Source of the DNA: Zancudomyces culisetae HAW-14-8
Lineage: Eukaryota > Fungi > Kickxellomycota
Direction: 5' to 3'
DNA: 64,000 bases
NCBI GenBank assembly: GCA_052426225.1
Contig: JBNJNM010000012.1
Coordinates: 1,550,001 to 1,614,000 of the forward strand
Position 1 is the stretch's first letter. Each line of letters begins with the position of its first letter. Below, one piece after another: positions 11,599 to 22,728 of the stretch. Both the position numbers and the translations under genes were made by a program. The notes beneath the pieces were generated by a model that had not been told where the DNA came from, did not search any database, and saw nothing but the letters and a program-made list of their open reading frames with translations.

Positions 11599-14328
11599 AT
11601 GAATAAAACAACGAAGCTACCAAAAAGTCTATTAAAGACTAAGGGGAAAGGAAGGGGAAAGAGAAAAGAAACATTAATACTCATATTAGTGATTCTCACG
11701 GTGTTTATGGGAGTAACAAGTGGGAGTGTTTTGCATGGGGGTATTGAAGACTGGATAAAAGAAAGCAACAATATTGAAAATATCAAACGTCCAAGCGGAA
11801 GAAATGGCGAGCTTAGAAGTGTGTGGGTAAATGCAGTTGGCACCAACGAAACCAAAAGCGCACAACTTTGGGCAAAACGAAGTGAAGAAGAGGATAAATG
11901 CAATTTGGTTGGGAAAATTGAATTAGATCAGCAATGCGAGTATGTGAAGCAAGAATGTGGAGATGAGAGAGGCATGGGGCAACTTTTCAACTATTTGAGT
12001 ACATATTATTGCGAAAGCAATATGGCAATTCGTAGATTGTATATTTCACTGATGGCGATATGGCTAGTTACACTATTTGTGTGGATTGGAATATCAGCAG
12101 CCGATTATTTTTCACCAAATCTGAAAAACATAGCGCAGTTGTTAAAAATGTCGGAAAGTATGGCAGGAGTGACGCTATTAGCGTTGGGAAACAGTGCACC
12201 AGATGTATTTACGACAATTTCGGCATTGAAGGCAGGATCGGCAGGACTGGCGCTTGGAGAACTACTGGGCAGTTCGTCGTTTGTGTTATGTGTAGTGTGT
12301 GGGCTTACAGCGATTATTGCAAGAGAGTTTAAAGTGCCGAAGATGATGGTGTTTAGGGAACAAATGATATTGGCGGTTACTTTGGCGATTATGCTCTTGG
12401 TGATAGTTTATTTAAAGAAAATCAACTACTACATGGCGATTGTAATGATAGGACTGTATGGATTGTACGTAGGATTAGTAGCAGTTAGTATATATGTGGC
12501 AAATGTTAGGGGTGTGAGAAAGACGCAAGAACGAATGGCACGACAGGCCAATGAGGACGAAGAACCAATAATAGGGACGGAGCATGAAATAAATGGAGGA
12601 AGGCTTGAGAATTATAGGATTAGAGAGCTGGAGAGAGGAGGAACGGAAGAAGAAGAAGAAGAAGAACAGATATATGCTGATTATGACGATGATGATAGTG
12701 CAAAAGAGGAAGGAATTGCGTTACAAATTAGAGGAAGCAAGAATAGTTTGGGAAGAACAAAGAGCTTGAACGATATAGAAAGAGAAAGAAATAATAGCAA
12801 GAGACGAATTAGTTTGAATAGTAATAAAAGTTATAGGAAGAGTAAAAGCAACAGTAGAAAGAGTAGCGAAAATGAACTGGATGTGCGGGGAACGAGAGGG
12901 TTTAAAGAGTATTTTCACAATATGACACGGCAAAAGCAAGGTAGAAGAGAAGTACCACAGATAGTAGTTATTCCACCTAGCGAACACGAACTAAGTCTAG
13001 AACCAATGGAAAGAGAAGGAGAAAGAGAAAGAGAAAGAGAAAGAAGAGAGGGGGAGAGGGGCAGGGAGGGAAGAAGATTAGGAGAAGAAGCAAGAAGAAG
13101 TGAAGAAGCAAGAAGAAGCGAAGAAGAAGAAGAAAGAGAAGGAGAGGGAGAAGACGAGATAGGGTTTTTCAAGGAATTGATGATTAGTTTGGTTCCATCA
13201 TACCGCGACTATAATGAACAAGGAGTGATGGGTAAAATAGCGAAAATATATTTGACGATTCCGGTGTTTTTGTCAACAATAACAGTTCCAGTGTTGTCAG
13301 AACTTCCAGATACAAAGTACTGGGAACGAGATTTGGGACTGGAAGAAGTGTGGGATGTGTTGAGTGTAGTTTCGGATAATCTGAGTGTCAGACGAGGGGC
13401 ACGAATCCGCGAACTGAGTATTGAGCGAGGAATTGAGCTTGGAAGAGTGGGTAGTGCGCAAGAACTGCGGAGCGTAAACAGCGCAGACAGTTTGGCATCG
13501 AACGACGATCTGGCAGTACACACACGGCTGTTGCGGGCAACATCACCATCGCTACGGGCACTGAGTATGGAGGGCAGCCAAGTGGTGGAGATAGAGGAAA
13601 ACTATTTTCGGGCAGAGAAGGTGGCGGCAACACTGCGCAGTTTTGTGACGCCAGTGTTTATAACGTTTGTGGGAATTCATATTACAGAAACAGAGGAACA
13701 TAAAAATATAATATATATAAGTGCAGCAGTAATAGGAGCAGTGGCAGCGATGTTGTACTATTTTGTATTTGATGAGATTATGACAACAAGCAAAAGAAAA
13801 ACAAACAAACACGAACGACTATACAACCACGCGCGGTACTGGCTGAAGGTGGCGCCGGCAGCTTTCGGGTTCTTTGGCGGTATCGGCTGGATCTATCTGC
13901 TGAGCGGTGAGATAGTTGCGATAATGCAAACAATTGGCGTTACGCTGTCGATCTCGGAATCACTGCTGGGACTGACGATTCTGGGCTTTGGCAACTCGAT
14001 TGGCGACCTTGTCACCAACCTAACAGTCGCCCGGCTCGGCTATCCAACCATGGCAATCTCGGCCTGTTTCGGCGGGCCACTACTCAACCTCCTCCTGGGA
14101 GTTGGCCTGGGCTGTCTCGCTGCGATTGGCAGTACTGGTGGCTTTGTCGACTTCCACACATCGTCGCTAGCGATTCCGACCACTGCTGCATTACTGTTGG
14201 CGGCTGTTCTGTTTTTGATTGTCCATACTTTACTGCGCGGCTTCAAACACACACGATTTGGCGGCTTCGTGTTGATTTCTTTCTATATTGTCATTTTGAG
14301 TCTCAACGTATACTTTGAATACCGGTAA
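11599..14328 (+). CDS. Cation/Ca2+ exchanger, CCX/NCLX (Na_Ca_ex) family
   Basis: Alpha-1 repeat AGVTLLALGNSAPDVFT and alpha-2 repeat LGLTILGFGNSIGDLVTN...AISACFGGPLLNLLLGVG, with two TM clusters separated by a long hydrophilic loop. First ATG is at 11599 (the track's start is TTG). Confidence 0.92.
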   Translation: MNKTTKLPKSLLKTKGKGRGKRKETLILILVILTVFMGVTSGSVLHGGIEDWIKESNNIENIKRPSGRNGELRSVWVNAVGTNETKSAQLWAKRSEEEDKCNLVGKIELDQQCEYVKQECGDERGMGQLFNYLSTYYCESNMAIRRLYISLMAIWLVTLFVWIGISAADYFSPNLKNIAQLLKMSESMAGVTLLALGNSAPDVFTTISALKAGSAGLALGELLGSSSFVLCVVCGLTAIIAREFKVPKMMVFREQMILAVTLAIMLLVIVYLKKINYYMAIVMIGLYGLYVGLVAVSIYVANVRGVRKTQERMARQANEDEEPIIGTEHEINGGRLENYRIRELERGGTEEEEEEEQIYADYDDDDSAKEEGIALQIRGSKNSLGRTKSLNDIERERNNSKRRISLNSNKSYRKSKSNSRKSSENELDVRGTRGFKEYFHNMTRQKQGRREVPQIVVIPPSEHELSLEPMEREGERERERERREGERGREGRRLGEEARRSEEARRSEEEEEREGEGEDEIGFFKELMISLVPSYRDYNEQGVMGKIAKIYLTIPVFLSTITVPVLSELPDTKYWERDLGLEEVWDVLSVVSDNLSVRRGARIRELSIERGIELGRVGSAQELRSVNSADSLASNDDLAVHTRLLRATSPSLRALSMEGSQVVEIEENYFRAEKVAATLRSFVTPVFITFVGIHITETEEHKNIIYISAAVIGAVAAMLYYFVFDEIMTTSKRKTNKHERLYNHARYWLKVAPAAFGFFGGIGWIYLLSGEIVAIMQTIGVTLSISESLLGLTILGFGNSIGDLVTNLTVARLGYPTMAISACFGGPLLNLLLGVGLGCLAAIGSTGGFVDFHTSSLAIPTTAALLLAAVLFLIVHTLLRGFKHTRFGGFVLISFYIVILSLNVYFEYR

Positions 14329-16132
14329 TATTCATTTTAAACTCTCCTTCTCCTTCTCCTTCTCCCTCTCCTTCTTCTCCTTTACCTTGACATGTTTCAT
14401 TCCAATCATATCGCTTCATTTCGTTGCCAAAGAATCTTGGTTGTATCATAAACACAGTGTTGAGAGGAATGTCCAGCGAAGTCATCGACTCCAAGTCAAT
14501 GTCCATAAAATAACTCAACAACACCCGTGCCATTGCGTTGTGTGTAATAATCAATACCGAGTTTTTGATTCTCTCTAGCTCCACTATAATGTACTGGATC
14601 CGATGAATCACATCTATGTACGATTCGCCGTGTGTGCCTGGATATCGCGTCCGCAGCTTGTCGGCTCGTCGCGCCTCAAACATATCGGGATATTTTTGCT
14701 GGATTTGCTTATAAGTCATTCCTTCACACTTGCCTGCATACAATTCATTCAGCACTGAATGCGTGCTAATCCTTGTCTTTTCTCCTTTAAAATACTCGGC
14801 TGTTCCTTCCGCTCTTTTCAGCGTAGATGTCCATACAAGCAACTCTTTTGTCTTTCCTTCTCCATCTTCTCTCTTTGGCTCTTGTTCCCGTTCTCCACTC
14901 CCCTCACTCTCCTCCACATTCTCCTTCTCTTCGCCATAAAACTGCCTGTGTTGCTTTTGCACGAATCTGGCTAGCGCCTGCGCATACCCTTTCCCCCGCT
15001 CTGTCAACTCAGCATCTCCGCCGATTTTCCCTTTCACATTATCTTCACTTTCTCCATGTCGCGTAATATAAAACACTCGCTTTTGTAAATTCATGTTCAT
15101 CAAATAAAACACACATTGGCCCTCAAGAAATCCCCGGATATTGCATGTTGTGATCTTTACTCCTGCGTCGATTATTTTGCAATATTGAATCCCCAACTTC
15201 TCTTCATATTCTCCAAGGCTCTGGTAACTCTTCTCATAGTTTGCAAGCCTTCGCCGGAAATCCTGCTCCGCTTCCTTTTCATCGATTCCTATATAGTCTG
15301 GTGACTTTGTCTTGAGCTTGATGTTTGTGTCTATTATTTCTTTGTTGGTACAAATACTCTCCAAAAACATCACATCTATACACTCCTCCCTCTCCATCCG
15401 CTCAATCACTACTCTTCGTCTCTCTATTGTCGAGTTGGTCGCATCATGAATCGCCACTTGCCCTTGGTCCGTTCTTAGATACCCTATTGCATCCTCCAGT
15501 ACTTGCATCGCCACTTGATCCCGCATCTTTTTCGCCTCCTCATTCTCACTATCGAAAAAATCGCTCTTATGTCGTATCTTTTCGTCATCCTCTCCATAGC
15601 TATTGCCCTCCATTGCCGTTTTTTCGGCTGTTGTTACTGCTGCTCCTGCTGCTCCTGTTCCTGCTGCTGATCCTGCCAACACTGATGCTACTGATGCTCC
15701 ATGGTATGGTACCAACTTTCTACGTTGATCTCCAACATTAAACACCTTCACTTTTATCCCTAGCCATGAAAGATACCTCTTCAGTTTTTTTACCATATAG
15801 CTTTTACCTCTTGCTGGCAACCCAACTATTTTTTTATATTTTTTTACACATACTATCAATATCATTTTCTTTTCCTCTTCATATTCTCCTCCTTTCTTAA
15901 ATTTATAATTTAAATTTGTTATCCTATCCCCTAATCTCTCATTTCACTTTTTTTTTTGCTAGAAAATTATTTTTTCTTTACCCATAACTACAAGCAACTT
16001 TGTATTTTCGTCGGTAACCATAAACCCTCTACGTCGGACTATCTGCTTCTCCGAGACACTAGTTGTCCCCTCACCTACATTTCTTTTCTTCATTACTCCA
16101 TAAGTTATTCCATTTATGGAATTCTCATGCAT
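14303..16132 (-). CDS. PFK26: 6-phosphofructo-2-kinase/fructose-2,6-bisphosphatase; exons 16132-15982 and 15825-14303
   Basis: Splicing the GT-AG intron 15981-15826 restores KLLVVMVGLPARGKSY (P-loop). DATNST and RHGES histidine-phosphatase motifs are present. The start codon is uncertain (16132 or 16093). Confidence 0.9.
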
Positions 16133-18169
16133 CCTGGTCCTGTATTTGCTATTGTGTTTATTATCTGTAGGTGTTGTTATTTAACTGTTATTCACTTTGA
16201 AGTCTAAACTCTCTTTACTTTAAAGTATATACTTTTTTTTTTACGTGGGACGTTTTTTTCTTTTTTAAAAAAAGTGTATGCGAAAAGGTAAATAAGTTGA
16301 GAATCTGGGTATTTCTTGCTTTTTAGTTTTTTTTTTCTATCCGAATTATTGGATACTCGCGTATTTATATACATTTAGAGTTTAAACACCTATATATTTT
16401 TTTCTTTCTTTCACGCCATTCTTCCAAACATTTTCTACCACTACCAACAATATCCCGAAATATTTTTATCCACTACAAATCTCTCTTTTTCTTTCTTTTT
16501 TTAAAAAAAAGCTTCTTAATTTATTCGAATGATTTTCTTGTATGCCAATGCTAAACAAAATCTGAACTAAATAAAATTTATTGAATCAAAAATATTGATT
16601 GCTTTTGTAAATTCTTAATGATTATTTATAAACATTAAACTGCAAATCAATTGGTGAGGCTATTCAGCTAAAATTTTTTTTTTCTCAACTTCCTGGAATT
16701 TTTCCCTATTTTTTCAACCAAAAAATAAAAGTGTCCATTTGTTCCCGCCCCAGATTACCAAGGTATTGGATATAAATTACAAGGTATAATAACTTGAAAA
16801 TGTGCCTATTTTATTTATTCCCCATCCTCCTCTCCCACCTCCACACACACACACGTACATTTCCTCTGACCAGCTAGCCCTAAATATAAACATAGTTATA
16901 CAAAACATTTTTATACATTTCAAGCCCACACTGCAAACCCCTCCCTCTCCCTTCACCATCCCTGTAAATATGGAGTTTTACGTATTCCCATTCTCTTTTT
17001 GTAATCAAGTTTATGCTGTTTGCTAATTTTACTTCTTTAATCTTTCACAAATTTTGCCCATTAAAAAGTTTTTTTTTTGGGTAAGGAGGAGGGGGTGGGA
17101 GGATATATTTCTAACTATGGTTATTCAATTGTTTTTATTATGTTCATGCAACTTTTCATGCAACCGCAACCGCAACCACAACCACCAGTTACTAAAAAAG
17201 ACAAAACATGACACTTAGTAGCTCATCACAAATGTTCATATCGGTTCGTTTTTTTAATAAAACTTTTTTTGTTCTATTCGTAATTCTGACTCATAAAAAA
17301 ATAGCACGTTTATGTTGTCGAGTAAGGGAAAGGAGGGAAAGGAAGGAAAGGAAATGAACACCTCGTGTGTTTTTTTTTTGAACCTTCTCTAAATCCCTTA
17401 CCCTCTCTCTTTCTTGAACTAGCATTTTCAAACTAGCCACTTTTTTTCTTTACTTATTCACATCTCAGTGGTGGGTTTAAATACTATATTCCAACTTCAC
17501 TCCGATACCAGCCCTCATATTCTAGGTTTCGGAAAACTCTTAACTATATATGATTTTTTACTGAAAATAATATATCGAATAAAATAATATGGTTGAAAAT
17601 ACAAAAATAACTAGATAATAAAACACCAATGATATTAAAATTACAGATGATCAAGCACACTAAATAACAGCACTTAGTAATGTTCATAAAAGTAAAAGTG
17701 CAAAAAAAATTTTTTTTCGTTTTGTTGGTGTAGGTGAAAATCGTCCATAGTAAGCATACTTTCTTGGTAAAACGTGCTAAAAAGTACGATATTTTCTCCT
17801 AAACTTGGATCAATTTCTCTTGAATTAGCATTTCCGTCTGTATTTCGTAAAACCAAGTTCTAAAGTAGCAAAATCAAAATAAAGAATGTCTAAAATGGGA
17901 TAAACCACGGGGTATTTGTACGACCTTTATTCGGCCTAATAAAAACCTTTACATTTTCTCTTTTTTTTACCCGGATTCGTGAATTGATTGAAGTAAAAAA
18001 AAAGTTGGTATTTCCTGTGACAACAGAAAAATAAATATTCTAGTGAATAAAAACATCATCCAAGTTGTATTATTTTAATGTAATGGCTTCTTTTCATTGC
18101 ACAACACCATCATTTTTGCAAATAATTGGAATTTGTTTTGTAGTGTGGCTCTGATGCTCATTCAGCTAC

Positions 18170-18490
18170 ACAACACCAATAGCATTATTGGTACTTGGTA
18201 CAAGATAAGCAATAGATGAGAAGTAAGAATGTATCTGCTCATCCATATATCCACATATTCTTCTATGTATCTAGCTATCCTTTCTGCGTATAAAATCACA
18301 GTATTTAAAAAAAAAGAATTTCTAGAATCCCGGTTGTGAAAAATAGTCTATAACAGCCGAGCGGAGAAATTCGTGCAGATGCAAGAACTAATATACATGA
18401 GAACCATTACTTCAAAGGACCTGATCAACCTGATTTCAGTGAATAAAACACATATCTTCAATACCATCTACCCTCTCTCCCCATCCCAAC
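18170..18490 (+). pseudogene. Possible heavily decayed GDSL-lipase C-terminal remnant
   Basis: ITSKDLINLISVNKTHIFNTIYPL resembles ITTESLLDLISKYKLKDISSLKNPL of the neighbouring lipases. Upstream pieces (NTNSIIGTWYK, ICSS, FFYVSSYP) resemble the block preceding the DxxH motif. By-eye only. Confidence 0.25.
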
Positions 18491-19072
18491 GTTATTTGCT
18501 GGAATATACAAGTGTCAAGTACTCGACACTGTATCCTCCCTTCGCTCACTCACACATATTAACACAATCCAATGCTCAAGTAATGGAGTCGGAATCCAAC
18601 ATTGAGTGTTAAATTATTTGTGTTTACTAAATATCTGACCAAAACCACGGATAGAATGAGCTTATGTAGTAAAAATAAATTTTATATGCCAATATGATTT
18701 AATTTTAAAGGCTCAAGTCCCGAAACAAAACAACCCCTAAGAGTGTAGCTTTTTAAGAAATTTAAAAAAAATGATAACTTGATCCAAGCAAAGCCCAGGG
18801 TGCTTAATATATATTAGCTGGAACTGGTTGAACAACCTTGAAAAAAAATAACAAGAATAACATCGAAAACTATATTCAAACTTTTACATAATGAGGATGC
18901 TTTTACGCAATAGCACTGGAGATTCATATTTGGTCATTTATTCTTATATATCTTTATAGCTGTTCTCTCTATTTTTTGAAAGGGAGGGTAATAGATAAAT
19001 GTAAAGAAAAGGCTAATAGATACTTTATACGCTAATTAGTCCCCAAAAGTGTAGACTTCAACAAAAAACGGT

Positions 19073-20353
19073 TTAAATAAGAAGGGTGGAAACATAGACA
19101 AATGAACTGATATATGCCAATGTAGCCAACTTGCTGAATGAAAACTTGGCTGATCCAGCTGCTGATGTAGAACTCTTTGAGCTGGATGAGCTGCTGCTGC
19201 TGGATGAACTCTTGCTTGATGAGCTGGTGGTTGATGAGGTACTGTTAGATGCACTTTCGTTGGCTGCATTGGCTATTTCTGCCGCGTTTGCTTGTGATTT
19301 TTCTATGTCAATAGTGGGGACATTAGTTACTCCAGTAGTATAGGTATCATCGTTGTAAAGTGGATTTTTTGATGAGGAGATATCCTTCAATTTGTACTTG
19401 GAAATCAAATCAACAAGCGATTCTGTTGTAACATTAAAGCTTCCATCCTGGAATAGTGTGTCGGCTACGGCTCCTAACAATGCGTGGGCTCTAGTAGTTG
19501 GATGTATGGGATCCATAAATGCATAGGTATCAGGATCTTCACACGAGGAAATAACTGTACGGTTAGTATTTTCTACGTAACAAGGTGCGGTAGTGTTTTT
19601 AAGTCCAAGTGCGCTATTAACTTCTGGTTTTTGCATTTCAACAATAAGATTGAAAAGATCCAATGTTCTGATATACTTTATACCCAAAGAGCTGTCCTTC
19701 AGCATATTTGACAGGATGGTTTGTGTTCTGGTATTTGTGGCGGTGATAAATGCACTCAACGCTGTCCTTGAAGCTGCTGGTGCATTGAGCCCAGCAGGGC
19801 ATGATGAAATATCTGGAATGTTGGAAACCACAAATTTTTTGTATCCCATATCCACCAATTTTGAGACTGCAGCTCCAATACTTGATGAGATAGAGATTGA
19901 GTACGCATTTGCGTCGGTTGTACCGTTGTATAAGCCAGTGATTCCATCGAGGATATCATTTCCGCCTATCTCCACAACTGCTATGTCGTTACTCAAGACA
20001 TCATCAGAAAATTTACCTCCAAATGTGGCATTAAAAGTGTCGATTTGTTGAAGGGTATCAGGGATGTCAAGTGTCAGATTATCAAATACTTGCACACTAG
20101 TGTTGTTTGATACTGCACCAGCAACTGCAAAATTTACCAAGGTATGATTGCTCCATTTTGCAAGGTATTCATTCCATACTGGCCCGTTGGAGAATCTACC
20201 CTTCCACCATGGCACACCCTGTGGGTTAAGTGTCCTCTTGGCGTTTCCGACATCAGAGAGACTGTTTCCAAAGAGCACGATTCTGGTATCAGCGCTGGCA
20301 GTAGCAATGAACCCCAGGGTAGCAACACTGAGCAAGGTATATTTGGTTAGCAT
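19073..20353 (-). CDS. Secreted GDSL/SGNH lipase/acylhydrolase (thermolabile-haemolysin-like) with a predicted GPI anchor; copy 1
   Basis: Signal peptide, FGNSLSD, GRFSNGPVW, NFAVAGA, IGGND and DPIHP motifs, a Ser-rich stalk and a hydrophobic C-terminus. Confidence 0.92.
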   Translation of the reverse strand: MLTKYTLLSVATLGFIATASADTRIVLFGNSLSDVGNAKRTLNPQGVPWWKGRFSNGPVWNEYLAKWSNHTLVNFAVAGAVSNNTSVQVFDNLTLDIPDTLQQIDTFNATFGGKFSDDVLSNDIAVVEIGGNDILDGITGLYNGTTDANAYSISISSSIGAAVSKLVDMGYKKFVVSNIPDISSCPAGLNAPAASRTALSAFITATNTRTQTILSNMLKDSSLGIKYIRTLDLFNLIVEMQKPEVNSALGLKNTTAPCYVENTNRTVISSCEDPDTYAFMDPIHPTTRAHALLGAVADTLFQDGSFNVTTESLVDLISKYKLKDISSSKNPLYNDDTYTTGVTNVPTIDIEKSQANAAEIANAANESASNSTSSTTSSSSKSSSSSSSSSSSKSSTSAAGSAKFSFSKLATLAYISSFVYVSTLLI

Positions 20354-21447
20354 TTTAGTTTTTTAGTTTTTTAGTTTTTTATTTTTCGTTCTGTAGAAAA
20401 GGTGTCCTGTCCTATTTCTTATCGCAGTCAAAAAAGGAAAATACGTTGACTCTACGTAGCTTTGCTTCAGATACTTGGTATTTATAGGAAATCATCAGTG
20501 AACATGATTACAGGTTTTTAATCCCTTTTACGCATATTAAACGTCGAATTAAAACCCAACTTATCAGGTGACGCAATAGTTTCCTTGGGTTAGTACTTTC
20601 ACTTTGTCAATTTTCTTTTAATCTTTTTCGGTGTTTCATCTAGACAAACAAGCTGATCCAACAAACTAGTTTGTTTTTACGCCTATTTCGTTTTTTTCAG
20701 TCATGAATATATTAAATCCTGGAAATATACTCATAATACTATGTTTGCATACATTCAATTCACATGAAATGATGCATTATACATGAAAAAAAAGTCAAAA
20801 CAAGGGGTTGTCAATAAAGCTTGCCAATTGTATATAAATCCAAAATTATTGAGCTTTCATATCACCATTAATTGATTTTTGGTAATCTTTATTTCATCGA
20901 ACTTTTGAGTCCCATATTCCGCTTGAAAACGCTAATAAGTGAACTTTTACTTTATAGCTAACAATAAGTATCGTATTGAAACCATTTACAATGTATGTCT
21001 TTCAAAAGAAAGACGTATACCGTCTCTACTAAAAAAAAAGGCTGAACACAACCCAGTGGGTGATATCCAATACCATGCTTTAAGGCGGCAATAGGGTTAA
21101 TTGCGCTTAGCTGGGGTAAGAAGAAAGGGAAATTTAGATAATCTTTTTGTAACGGTTTTACATAATCTTTTTTTTGTTTTGTTGACATTTAACTGTGCTA
21201 CCATAAATCCATTGGTTTTCCTGTTGATGTATTACTAATAATCAAATTAAATGGTCAATAAAATAGAGACTGCTCTTTATATGAAAGGATTTGCAATAGT
21301 ATTGGAGAAATACTCAATCAATTAAATAAAATCGATAATTCTAGCTAAATCGTGAACTTCAAGGTTGTTTGTAAACCAGCAAGAACTAGAAATAAATATT
21401 TTATCAAGTTAACTTATTTAATAACAGTGTTCCATCCATTACCAAAT

Positions 21448-22728
21448 CTACATAAGAAGGGTGGAAACATAGACAAATGAACTGATATATGCCAATGTAG
21501 CCAACTTGCTGAATGAAAACTTGGCTGATCCAGCTGCTGATGTAGAACTCTTTGAGCTGGATGAGCTGCTGCTGCTGGATAAACTCTTGCTTGATGAGCT
21601 GGTGGTTGATGAGGTGCTGTTAGATGCACTTTCGTTGGCTGCGTCGACTATTTCTGTCGCGTTTGCTTGTGATGTTTTTATGTCAAAACTAGGGAGGTTG
21701 GTTGCTCCAGTAGTATAGGTATCATCGTTATAAAGTGGATTTTTCAATGAGGAGATATCCTTCAATTTGTACTTGGAAATCAAATCAAGAAGTGATTCAG
21801 TTGTAATTTTGAAGTCTCCATCATTCAACATTGTAGATGCTATAGCACCCACAAGCGAATGCGCTCTTGTAGTTGGGTGCACTGAGTTCATAAATGCATA
21901 GGCATCAGAATCTTCACATGAGGAAATAACTACACCGCTGGCGTCTTCTACATGACAAGGTGCGGTGGTGTTTGTGATTCCCAATGCTGTGCTGATCGCT
22001 GGGTCTTGGAATTTCTGCAGAATCGTGAAAAAGTCCAAAACCTGGATGGACTTCACTCCTAGAGACTCGTTTTGTGCAATTTGACCCAGTATGTATTCAG
22101 TTTGTGCATTTGTAGCGTTAACAAATGCATTGAGTGCCGCTCTTGCAATTTCTGGTGCTGTGAGCGCAACAGGAATTAACGAAATATCTGGAATATTAGA
22201 AACCAAAAGTCTTTTGTATCCTATACCCACCAAGTTTGAGACTGCAGCTCCAATATTTCTAGAAATTGCATTTGAATATTCCTCAACGTTGATTGTTCCA
22301 CTAAACAAACCGGTGATTCCATCAAGTACATCGTTTCCGCCTATTTCTACAGCTGCTATGTCGTTACTCAAGACATCCTCGGAAAATTTACCTCCAAATG
22401 TTGCGTTGAAGGTGTCGATCTGTTGAAACGCATCAGGGACGGTGATAGTTACGTTATCAAATATTTGCACGCTAGTGTTGTTTGATGTTGCACCACCAAC
22501 TGCGTAATTTATAAGGGTATAGTTATTCCATTTTGCAAGGTATTCATTCCATACAGGTCCGTTGGAGAATCTACCATTCCACCATGGCACGGTGTTTGGT
22601 TTGGGCTGAGGGTTGGCGTTACCAATATCGGACAAGCTGTTTCCAAAAACCACGACTCTTGTATCGGCACTGGCGATGGAAGCTAGCCCTGCGACAGCAA
22701 CTCCATAAGCGGTATATTTTGCTAACAT
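21448..22728 (-). CDS. Secreted GDSL/SGNH lipase with a predicted GPI anchor; copy 2 (DxxH changed to NxxH)
   Basis: Same blocks as copy 1 (FGNSLSD, GRFSNGPVW, IGGND). Block V reads NSVHP. The Ser-rich/GPI tail is near-identical to copy 1. Confidence 0.92.
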   Translation of the reverse strand: MLAKYTAYGVAVAGLASIASADTRVVVFGNSLSDIGNANPQPKPNTVPWWNGRFSNGPVWNEYLAKWNNYTLINYAVGGATSNNTSVQIFDNVTITVPDAFQQIDTFNATFGGKFSEDVLSNDIAAVEIGGNDVLDGITGLFSGTINVEEYSNAISRNIGAAVSNLVGIGYKRLLVSNIPDISLIPVALTAPEIARAALNAFVNATNAQTEYILGQIAQNESLGVKSIQVLDFFTILQKFQDPAISTALGITNTTAPCHVEDASGVVISSCEDSDAYAFMNSVHPTTRAHSLVGAIASTMLNDGDFKITTESLLDLISKYKLKDISSLKNPLYNDDTYTTGATNLPSFDIKTSQANATEIVDAANESASNSTSSTTSSSSKSLSSSSSSSSSKSSTSAAGSAKFSFSKLATLAYISSFVYVSTLLM

